Shown in pieces: positions 9,776 to 17,322 of a DNA stretch of 64,000 bases. A program made the translations under genes and the position numbers. Where the stretch lies: positions 6,316 to 70,315 of the forward strand of contig JAGGXD010000182.1 of the NCBI GenBank assembly GCA_021163295.1, given 5' to 3'. This DNA is from Bacteroidales bacterium (lineage in GTDB: Bacteria; Bacteroidota; Bacteroidia; Bacteroidales; VadinHA17). The first letter of the stretch is position 1. Each line of letters begins with the position of its first letter. The notes beneath the pieces were generated by a model that was not told where the DNA came from, did no database searches, and saw only the letters and a program-made list of their open reading frames with translations.

Positions 9776-10921
9776 ATGTATTTATCTGAAGAACATGAAT
9801 TAATACGTAAAACTGTTAGAGATTTTGCTGAAAGAGAAATAAAACCTGTTGCGGCTGAGTTAGATGAAAAAGGAGAATTTTCTATAGAGAATACTGCAAG
9901 GATGGGTGAATTAGGTCTATTTGGAATGTGCCTGCCTGAAAAATATGGTGGACAAAATATGGATACTTTATCTTATATTATTGCAGTTGAAGAATTAGCA
10001 AGGGTTGACAGTTCACATGCAGCTACTCTGGCAGCGCATAATTCATTGGGGATTAAGCCCATAATGAATTTCGGGACTGAAGAACAAAAGATGAATTATT
10101 TGCCACGTTTATGTACTGGTAAGGAGCTTTGGGCTTTTGGACTTACCGAACCGGAAGCGGGCTCGGATTGCCTGGGGACTAAAACAACGGCTAAACTTTT
10201 AGATGGATACTGGAATATTAACGGATCAAAATGTTTTATTACAAATGGAGCTGTTGATATCTCAAGTGGAGTGACAGTACTTTCTGTTACAGGCACGAAA
10301 GAAGATGGCAAGAAAGAGTTTTCAACAATCATAGTTGAAAAAGACACTACCGGGTTTACCAGGAGGTCAATGCATAATAAAATGATGTGGAGAGCATCGG
10401 ATACCTCCGAGTTGTTTTTTGATGATTGTAAAGTACCTGAATTAAATCTGCTTGGCAAAGTGGGTGAAGGTTCCAAAATAATGTTAAAAACACTTGATAG
10501 CGGAAGACTTTCCATAGCAGCTATGGGGTTGGGACTCGCGCAGGGAGCTTTTGAAATGGCATTACAATACGCAAAGGAAAGAAAACAGTTTGGCAGACCT
10601 ATCGTAAAATTCCAGGCTATTTCTTTTAAACTAGCTGATATGGCTACGAAAATTGATCTGGCCAGAACATATTTGTATCATGCTTGCTGGCTTGAAACAA
10701 ATGGCAAAGAATTTGGAAAAGAAGCTGCAATAGCAAAACTCTATTGTTCTGAAATAGCAAAGGAGGTTGCAGATGAAGCTGTACAAATACATGGTGGCTA
10801 CGGATTGATGAAGGATTACGATATTGAAAGATTCTATCGTGACCAGCGATTACTACAAATTGGTGAAGGAACTTCAGAAATTCAACGTCTGGTAATTGCC
10901 CGTAAGATTGGTGCAGTATAA
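9776..10921 (+). CDS. Acyl-CoA dehydrogenase (short/branched-chain; isovaleryl- or butyryl-CoA dehydrogenase-like)
   Basis: 381-aa ACAD pattern (GLTEPEAGSD, FITNG, QIGEGTSEIQRLVIAR). Last gene of the co-directional cluster. Confidence 0.85.
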   Translation: MYLSEEHELIRKTVRDFAEREIKPVAAELDEKGEFSIENTARMGELGLFGMCLPEKYGGQNMDTLSYIIAVEELARVDSSHAATLAAHNSLGIKPIMNFGTEEQKMNYLPRLCTGKELWAFGLTEPEAGSDCLGTKTTAKLLDGYWNINGSKCFITNGAVDISSGVTVLSVTGTKEDGKKEFSTIIVEKDTTGFTRRSMHNKMMWRASDTSELFFDDCKVPELNLLGKVGEGSKIMLKTLDSGRLSIAAMGLGLAQGAFEMALQYAKERKQFGRPIVKFQAISFKLADMATKIDLARTYLYHACWLETNGKEFGKEAAIAKLYCSEIAKEVADEAVQIHGGYGLMKDYDIERFYRDQRLLQIGEGTSEIQRLVIARKIGAV

Positions 10922-10926
10922 AAAAA

Positions 10927-10956
10927 AGCAGTCGGGAAACTACCGGCTGCTTTCTT
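10927..10956 (+). terminator. Intrinsic terminator-like hairpin ending the acyl-CoA operon
   Basis: 9-bp stem AGCAGTCGG/CCGGCTGCT (one G-U), loop GAAACTA, then TTCTT. Starts 6 nt after the stop codon. Confidence 0.6.
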
Positions 10957-10977
10957 ACTGTGAAAAAACTTACATAT

Positions 10978-11202
10978 TTATAGCAATGTCATTAATCTCC
11001 TGATCTTCATAACTGACAATTCACTATAAGCCTTATTGATTTTTTTATCTAACTTATCAATTAAGTTAGTGCCCGGGTTCTTTTCTTCCGGTATATCGGT
11101 TGTGTTAACTGATCGGTCAGGATACATAAGCCTGTCCCTCTCCTTTTCCAGAAACTTAAGCCTGGCCTTCTGATTATTTAACTGTTCTTCAAGATATCCC
11201 AT
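10978..11202 (-). CDS. Small hypothetical coiled-coil protein (74 aa)
   Basis: ORF only. Charged heptad-like sequence (LEEQLNNQKARLKFLEKERDRL). The frame stays open 28 codons upstream of the ATG without another ATG, so it could be a fragment. Confidence 0.25.
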   Translation of the reverse strand: MGYLEEQLNNQKARLKFLEKERDRLMYPDRSVNTTDIPEEKNPGTNLIDKLDKKINKAYSELSVMKIRRLMTLL

Positions 11203-11292
11203 TTTAAGAGTTTTATTATGTGACTCTGATTCTGTAAAACGCTCTCTGAATAAAAGACGATTAACTTTCCATTTAGTTGCAATTTGGATTGA

Positions 11293-12009
11293 TTATTTTG
11301 ATTTTGACAAGGAATAACCCGCTAATTGAATAGATTTCATTGCCAGGATTTTGAGAGGGTTGATCAGAGGGATGTTTATATGTGATTGTTTTATTACAAG
11401 CGAAATCTCAGTACATCCCGAAATTATTGTACATGCCCCATTTTTTTGCAGATTTGCAATCGACTGGAGAAGGATTTTCCTGGGAACAGTTTTAAAGCCT
11501 GCCTTTATACCATTTTTACCATATATGGCAGTCATATTTTGTTGCTGATACAAAGCATCCGGATTAATTATTTCAGAAGAAATATTTTCAAATGCTTTTT
11601 TATAAATAGCTGTTTTATAGACTCCTGAGGTAGAAAGTAATCCATGTTTTTTTATTTCAGGAAACTTGTGCAAAACATGCCGGGCTGTTTCTTTTATCAT
11701 ATTAATAATCGGCACATGTATATTTTCTTCTATCTGCTTAATAAAAAAATGGGCTGTATTGCATGGTATAAGTATAATGTCAGCACCCATTTTTTCCAAC
11801 TTTAAAGCTCCTTCGATAAGCATTTTAACAGGTGAAGAACCTTTCCCAAGAATAAACAATGAGCGGTCAGGAATTCCTGGATTATTAACAATTAGCACAG
11901 GTATATGATCCTGATCATTATATGCTTTGGTATTCTTTATGATCAAACTGAACAATTCAGATGTTGCTTCAGGTCCCATACCTCCGAGAATACCTATTTG
12001 TTTCTTCAT
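11293..12009 (-). CDS. Aspartate/glutamate racemase-family protein (aspartate racemase-like)
   Basis: 238 aa. GILGGMGPEATSELF N-terminal motif and the second catalytic-Cys region (ISGCTEISLV). Confidence 0.8.
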   Translation of the reverse strand: MKKQIGILGGMGPEATSELFSLIIKNTKAYNDQDHIPVLIVNNPGIPDRSLFILGKGSSPVKMLIEGALKLEKMGADIILIPCNTAHFFIKQIEENIHVPIINMIKETARHVLHKFPEIKKHGLLSTSGVYKTAIYKKAFENISSEIINPDALYQQQNMTAIYGKNGIKAGFKTVPRKILLQSIANLQKNGACTIISGCTEISLVIKQSHINIPLINPLKILAMKSIQLAGYSLSKSK

Positions 12010-12016
12010 TTAGTTC

Positions 12017-13141
12017 TTATTTTGACGGGATACGGTTATATTTCTTCATTACATGTAAAACCTTTTCTAACGGTAATTTTTCGATTTTGTGATCTTTATA
12101 ACCGGTTGTTGTTTTAGCAGTGAACAGGGAGTTGATTATTGCTTCTTCAGTTGCTTCAATAACTGCCAGAAACAGGGATGACATCTGATCATTTCTTAGA
12201 ATTACTGTTGTGTCTACAGGTGAATCTGATCTGTATGAAATTCTATTTGCTGTAGAAAATGCGATAACATAATCACCACTTCCATTGGAGGATATTCCTC
12301 CTGTATGTGCCAGACCAAGCATAGATCTTTTTGCCATACGCAACAGGTTCCTTGCATCAAGTGGAGCATCAGTTGCAACAATTATCATGCAGGAACCATC
12401 TGCCTGCTTCAGTTTGTCAGCAAAATAATACTGTTTAAGTTCTTCTCCAACAGGCACCCCATTTATTTGAAGAATCCCCCCAAAATTAGTCTGGACAAGA
12501 ACCCCAACTGTGTAACTGTTCATATTAGCAGGCAGTTTTCTTGAAGAGGTACCAATTCCACCCTTATATCCAAAACAAACAGTTCCTGTTCCGGCACCAA
12601 TTGATCCCTGCAAAACCTTATTTGAAGATGCATCTTCAATTGCTGCAATAACATGCCTCTTTTTTATATGTAATCCCCTGATATCATTTAGATAACCATC
12701 GTTTGTTTCTCCTACTACAGGATTTACAGATTTGATGTTTTTATTCTTTTTCAGACTGTATTCTATTAATGCTTCCGCTGCTACCGGTACACTTAAGGTA
12801 TTTGTCAGGATAATAGGTGTTTCAATATTCCCAAGTTCCTGAATCTGAGTGCTACCTGTTAGTTTCCCAAAACCATTTGCAACATATACAGCAGCAGGAA
12901 CTTTCTCCATATAAATATTACCTGGGTGTGGAATAATTGCTGTCACTCCTGTCCTTATATTTTTGTCTTTGTTCAGTGTGAAATGTCCAACTAAAACGCC
13001 CGTAACATCAGTAATTGAATTATCCTGGCCGGGGGGAAGAACGCCAATAGAAAATCCAAAATTTCTGAAAGTCATACATTGGGGAAGTGCATTATTAACA
13101 AAACATGTATGTAGTAAAAGAAATAGAATTATTTTTTTCAT
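12017..13141 (-). CDS. Peptidase family S58 (DmpA / L-aminopeptidase-D-esterase-like), secreted
   Basis: 374 aa with an N-terminal signal-like segment. ITDVTGVLVGHFT..TGVTAII and GSIGAGTGTVCFGYKGGIGTSS are typical of the DmpA/P1 family. The gap to the racemase gene is 7 nt. Confidence 0.7.
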   Translation of the reverse strand: MKKIILFLLLHTCFVNNALPQCMTFRNFGFSIGVLPPGQDNSITDVTGVLVGHFTLNKDKNIRTGVTAIIPHPGNIYMEKVPAAVYVANGFGKLTGSTQIQELGNIETPIILTNTLSVPVAAEALIEYSLKKNKNIKSVNPVVGETNDGYLNDIRGLHIKKRHVIAAIEDASSNKVLQGSIGAGTGTVCFGYKGGIGTSSRKLPANMNSYTVGVLVQTNFGGILQINGVPVGEELKQYYFADKLKQADGSCMIIVATDAPLDARNLLRMAKRSMLGLAHTGGISSNGSGDYVIAFSTANRISYRSDSPVDTTVILRNDQMSSLFLAVIEATEEAIINSLFTAKTTTGYKDHKIEKLPLEKVLHVMKKYNRIPSK

Positions 13142-13153
13142 TTGTATATGATA

Positions 13154-13510
13154 TCAAATATGTTCATTCCTCACTATCAGAGCATAATGATCATCATCCA
13201 GGATTTTGTATCCTTGCTCATAGCAGAAATACATTACATCTCCGTTTTTTGAAGTATATGTATTTGTATGAAATTGAAAATTATATCCTTTAATAATTAG
13301 CTGATCTTTATGAACTTGTGCTTTCCCGTCGGAATTAAGATCGGCAAGAATTCTCCTGTTTTTCCTAAGGACATTATGGACATTTCGAATAAAATTTATA
13401 TCATCCCTGTTTATCTCATTATGGTAGCTGTTCCGGCACTGGTCTGAACAAAACTTTTTATCCGACCTGCCTTTTAAGAGTTCTCCGCATTCAAGACATC
13501 TACGTTCCAT
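13154..13510 (-). CDS. Zn-ribbon small protein of unknown function
   Basis: 118 aa. The N-terminal CLECG..KKFCSDQCR forms a CxxC..CxxxC ribbon. No recognisable catalytic domain. Confidence 0.5.
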   Translation of the reverse strand: MERRCLECGELLKGRSDKKFCSDQCRNSYHNEINRDDINFIRNVHNVLRKNRRILADLNSDGKAQVHKDQLIIKGYNFQFHTNTYTSKNGDVMYFCYEQGYKILDDDHYALIVRNEHI

Positions 13511-13556
13511 ACAAAATAGTTTTCTCTTAGGCTAAAAATACAAAATTTACTTCTCA

Positions 13557-13596
13557 TAAACGACATTAAACGTTTACAAACGACTATAAACGTTTA
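13557..13596. promoter_or_regulatory. Two tandem 20-bp repeats, each ending in the perfect palindrome TAAACGTTTA (candidate operator)
   Basis: taaacgacatTAAACGTTTA (13557-13576) and caaacgactaTAAACGTTTA (13577-13596) share 17/20 identity. The palindromes at 13567-13576 and 13587-13596 are exactly 20 bp apart. The site lies in the divergent spacer between the Zn-ribbon gene and ssb. Confidence 0.5.
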
Positions 13597-13677
13597 ATAA
13601 CCGAATAGGGTAGTGTTTATGTTGTTAATTTGATCATGAATTAAACAATTTATTTATTAACCTCAAAATTTTAAATC

Positions 13678-14022
13678 ATGCAAAACTTAAAGAACAAAGT
13701 TCATCTTATCGGAAACCTTGGAATGGATCCTGAAGTTAAGAAACTGGAAAACGGCAACTCACTTGCTAAATTTTCACTTGCCACATCAGACAGTTATAAA
13801 AATAAAGATGGGGAAAAAGTAGAAGAAACCCAATGGCATAATCTTGTTGCATGGGGACCTAAAGCAGAATTTGCTGAAAAGTACCTTAAAAAAGGACAGC
13901 AAATAGCTGTTGAAGGAAAGCTGACACACAGAACTTATGAGAACCAGGAAGGGAAAAAGCAGTATTATACCGAAGTTGTTGTAAATGATGTACAAATGTT
14001 GCGCTCACCAAACAATGCTTAG
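13678..14022 (+). CDS. ssb: Single-stranded DNA-binding protein, short form lacking acidic C-terminal tail
   Basis: 114-aa OB-fold SSB pattern (NKVHLIGNLGMDPEV..TQWHNLVAWG..KGQQIAVEGKL). It ends ..MLRSPNNA, without a DDDxPF-type tip. Confidence 0.8.
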   Translation: MQNLKNKVHLIGNLGMDPEVKKLENGNSLAKFSLATSDSYKNKDGEKVEETQWHNLVAWGPKAEFAEKYLKKGQQIAVEGKLTHRTYENQEGKKQYYTEVVVNDVQMLRSPNNA

Positions 14023-14052
14023 CATTGTTTGCAAATAGCCGCTTGTAATATC

Positions 14053-14085
14053 AAATGCCGGATCCTAATAAGTTCCGGCATTTTT
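14053..14085. terminator. Hairpin terminator between convergent ssb and ATPase genes
   Basis: 10-bp perfect stem AAATGCCGGA/TCCGGCATTT, 11-nt loop, followed by TTTTT. Confidence 0.7.
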
Positions 14086-14112
14086 ATTATCTAAGATATT
14101 GTAATAAGAACT

Positions 14113-16443
14113 TTATTCAAGACTTCTACTAAGTTCGTCGAAGAGATGGGAAAAATTATCCCTGGTTTCTTCATCCAGGTTACCCCATTTCAATTTGGAA
14201 TCCTTTACCTCGCGCATAAAATTAGATGCAAGAATTGAACGTGACAAATTATTATTAACGATATACTCTAAGTTTGATTCCGGAATCCCAATTCGTTTAT
14301 GAAGTATATATTTCTTAAAGTCGATAGTAGAAAACATATCTTCAATACTTTTGAAATGATCAAATTGAATAAGCTTCTTATTTGCCTCGGCTTCATTATT
14401 GGCAAAAAGATGTTTAGTAAGATCATGCTTCAAATCATTACCTTCTTTATTTGTCCCTGTAAGTACCAGAAAATCAATCCCCCAACCAAGTAACATATTT
14501 ACAAGACTCCTGATATTTGAAACTCCTGTAGCAGGCAGATAAAAAACCTGTTTTTCAAAACCTTTCATGTCGGTAAGAGCTTTCATGTAATAGAAAGTAG
14601 CAATATCTTCAAGAATAATATTGTTTTTTTTCTGGATAAACTTTTGTTCAGACAGTCTTATTCCCATCAATGAATAAATAGGCGATAATGTATCTGTTGA
14701 AGCTGTAGTAAGTGATTTTGTATCAAAAACTTTAGTTTCACTTGATTCATCCTCATCAACAGCTCGTTGAACGGCAAGTAACCTGTACAATTTATTTAGA
14801 TCTATAAGATGTGGGGAATGGGTTGTGTAAATAATCTGGACTCTTTCTTTAATATTATCGAATACTTTTAAAACATCTTCCTGAGCCCTGGCATGAAGAC
14901 TTACTCCGGGTTCATCAATCAGGATTACAATATTACTGCCGTTTTTAGATAACGCTGCTGCCTGTAATTCAAGGTAAAATGAGAGAAACCAACGTACTCC
15001 CCTGCTTCTTTGTTTTGGGTATAGGCGTTCTTCCCTGTCTTTTATCCAGAATTCAATATAGGGCAGTCCGCTTTTATCAGGATTAGAATTATCATAATGT
15101 TCAAGCTCAAAATTGATTTTTATTTTATTATGCTTACCAATACTTTGACGCCAGTAGTCCTGGAAATTTATTGTTATCTCTTTATTTAGCTTTTCTATTT
15201 TATGTTTCAGGATACGGTTATTAGTCTGCTGAAAAAAGTCTTCATTAAGACCAGATACCAGGAGAAAGTTTTTTGCTGCTTTATAGCCTTCAATATTAGT
15301 ATTCTCCGTATGAATATCATGCAAATCGATACGATCAGGAAGAAGACTTAAAAAATCTTCGAAAAATATAAATTCAGGTACATAGTTAAAAAGTTTTCTT
15401 CCGGCTTCTTCAAGAGAATAGTATTTATCGATATAAGGTTTCTCTTTCTTGATTTCATTCTTAACCTCATAAATACTATCACCGGACAGAACTTTGAATG
15501 CAATTATTTTTTTCTGGATTGCATCTTCTTTGCTTTGTTCATAATCACGTAGTACTCTAACATAAGTTTCGTTACTTGAATCAAGCTGAGTTCGTGAAGC
15601 CCTGCGTTCCTTTTCATCATATGACATATCAAAAATACGCTGACATTTTTGAAGTTCTTTATAAGATTCTTCAAGCTCCTTTTTGTTAATCAGGAAGTTC
15701 TTTTCTGCTTGTATACTTTCTCCGGCCAAGTTTGCGTTTTCTGAAAGTTGGCGAGCTTCAGAAGCCAATATTTCAGCATTTTTCCCGGCAGCCACATAAA
15801 TATTCCTGCATTCTTCCAGATGTTTTTTTGCACCGGTTATATTATCTTTAATTGTGTTTTCGTTTTTACCATTTTTTCTTGATTTGTATTTTTTCTGTAA
15901 CTGGGTTAACTTTTCCTTAGCAGCTTCAAGTTCATGGTGTTTTTCTTCTTTTTCGGAAACAGCTTTGTCTGATTTCCTTATAGCATTATCATGTTCACTA
16001 ATAGCCTCTTCTATCCTTTCTTTGATATTTTTTTCCTCTTTTTCTCTTTTATCATAAAAACCTCTATATATCTCAAAAACTTTGTCTCCAGCCAGTTCAA
16101 TACGACTTGTTATATCTTCTCCCCATGATCTCTTGAGAATAATGGTTTCTTTTTTCTTAATTTCATCTATCACTCCGTCCGGTAGTCTTTTCTCATTCAA
16201 TTCTTTTTCAACATCAACCTTTATAATCTCGAAAACACAATGCACACAAGGCAAACTAAGATCACTGCGCAAAATATCTTCGGATATTGTACCGGTAAAA
16301 AAGCTATTAATGGCTTCCAGTATTGACGTTTTGCCTGATTCATTCTGTCCAATTAATCCGGTAATATTATCTGGTGACAGATAAGTACAGCCTGTATCAA
16401 TTATTGACCGGAAATTTTGTATTCTAAACCCAATTAATTTCAT
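14113..16443 (-). CDS. ABC/SMC-like (AAA_15/OLD-family-like) ATPase with long coiled-coil insertion and C-terminal Toprim-like region
   Basis: 776 aa. Walker A (GQNESGKTS, aa 32-40), about 220 aa of charged heptad-rich sequence (aa ~115-335), then RGVRWFLSFYL, Walker B (VILIDEPGVSLH) and TTHSP. The C-terminal NNIILEDIATFYYM..GIDFLVLTGTNKEG resembles the OLD Toprim layout, but TGT sits where DxD is expected. Confidence 0.65.
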   Translation of the reverse strand: MKLIGFRIQNFRSIIDTGCTYLSPDNITGLIGQNESGKTSILEAINSFFTGTISEDILRSDLSLPCVHCVFEIIKVDVEKELNEKRLPDGVIDEIKKKETIILKRSWGEDITSRIELAGDKVFEIYRGFYDKREKEEKNIKERIEEAISEHDNAIRKSDKAVSEKEEKHHELEAAKEKLTQLQKKYKSRKNGKNENTIKDNITGAKKHLEECRNIYVAAGKNAEILASEARQLSENANLAGESIQAEKNFLINKKELEESYKELQKCQRIFDMSYDEKERRASRTQLDSSNETYVRVLRDYEQSKEDAIQKKIIAFKVLSGDSIYEVKNEIKKEKPYIDKYYSLEEAGRKLFNYVPEFIFFEDFLSLLPDRIDLHDIHTENTNIEGYKAAKNFLLVSGLNEDFFQQTNNRILKHKIEKLNKEITINFQDYWRQSIGKHNKIKINFELEHYDNSNPDKSGLPYIEFWIKDREERLYPKQRSRGVRWFLSFYLELQAAALSKNGSNIVILIDEPGVSLHARAQEDVLKVFDNIKERVQIIYTTHSPHLIDLNKLYRLLAVQRAVDEDESSETKVFDTKSLTTASTDTLSPIYSLMGIRLSEQKFIQKKNNIILEDIATFYYMKALTDMKGFEKQVFYLPATGVSNIRSLVNMLLGWGIDFLVLTGTNKEGNDLKHDLTKHLFANNEAEANKKLIQFDHFKSIEDMFSTIDFKKYILHKRIGIPESNLEYIVNNNLSRSILASNFMREVKDSKLKWGNLDEETRDNFSHLFDELSRSLE

Positions 16444-16497
16444 CTGATAATATTATTAAATTAATTCAAGTTGCTAGTAACGAGTAGCTTAGGTTAA

Positions 16498-17322
16498 TTA
16501 ATTTATTCTAACACCTATAATAAGAATATCATCTACCTGCTCAAAATCCCTTTTCCAGGCATGAAAAGTTGATAAAAGTATTTCTCTTTGTTCTTTCATG
16601 TTTTTGTTATGGATTTCAAGCAACAGATTTTTAAATGGTTTATATTTAAATTTTTTTTCCTTCGGACCTCCGAACTGGTCCGGAAAACCATCGGTAAAGA
16701 TGTATAAGACATCTCCTTTTTTCATTTTTACAACATTATTCCTGAATGATTTCTCCTCAATACCACTAACTCCGATAGGCATTTTATCCGGTTTTATTTC
16801 ATGTAAAATATCCCGGCGGATATAATACAACGAATTGTTTGCACCAGAATATTGTAACTCCTTCGTTTTTCGGTTAAAGATGCATAAAGAAATATCCATT
16901 CCATCTTTCGACTCACCTCCCTGACCTGTTTGATGCAATGATTTCATGATTTTTTCCCTTAATTGATTAAGTATTCTGTTTGCTTTAATAGAATCTAAAT
17001 TATTCACAATTTCATTAAGTGAAGTAATCCCTAAAATACTCATCAAGGCACCTGGTACGCCATGCCCTGTGCAATCAACTGCTGCAAACAAAACGCTTTC
17101 TTTACGTTCATAGATCCAATAAAAATCACCACTAACTATATCTTTGGGAAGATAAAATATAAAGCTGTCGTGTAAAGTTTTGTGTATTGATGAGGACTGG
17201 GGAAGTAAAGCAGTCTGAATAAGGCAAGCATATTCCAGACTTTCAATTATTTCTTTTTTTTGTCTTGAAATTTCATCCCTCTGCTTTAGCAACTCCTGGT
17301 ATAATTTATTGTCCTGTGGCAT
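16498..17322 (-). CDS. PP2C/SpoIIE-family serine phosphatase (stand-alone domain)
   Basis: 274 aa. LEYACLIQTALLP, SGDFYWIY, AAVDCTGHGVPGALMS and IFTDGFPDQFGG are typical of RsbU/SpoIIE-type PP2C. The ATG overlaps the stop of the upstream dipeptidase gene by 17 nt. Confidence 0.75.
   Translation of the reverse strand: MPQDNKLYQELLKQRDEISRQKKEIIESLEYACLIQTALLPQSSSIHKTLHDSFIFYLPKDIVSGDFYWIYERKESVLFAAVDCTGHGVPGALMSILGITSLNEIVNNLDSIKANRILNQLREKIMKSLHQTGQGGESKDGMDISLCIFNRKTKELQYSGANNSLYYIRRDILHEIKPDKMPIGVSGIEEKSFRNNVVKMKKGDVLYIFTDGFPDQFGGPKEKKFKYKPFKNLLLEIHNKNMKEQREILLSTFHAWKRDFEQVDDILIIGVRIN

Noticed and set aside
10096-10515. Long antisense ORFs nested inside well-supported genes: 10096-10515, 35040-35447, 56153-56548, 42231-42578, 40367-40711, 18785-19201, 6581-6931 and 60998-61339.
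   Set aside because: All lie entirely within opposite-strand genes that have clear family motifs. Their translations are low-complexity (Ser/Phe/Leu/Ile-rich), typical of shadow frames in AT-rich DNA.
10978-11292. A larger gene or pseudogene upstream of the 74-aa coiled-coil ORF. The frame stays open 28 codons before the ATG.
   Set aside because: There is no alternative start codon in the open stretch, an in-frame TAA lies just above it, and I recognise no motif. I kept it as a low-confidence small ORF only.
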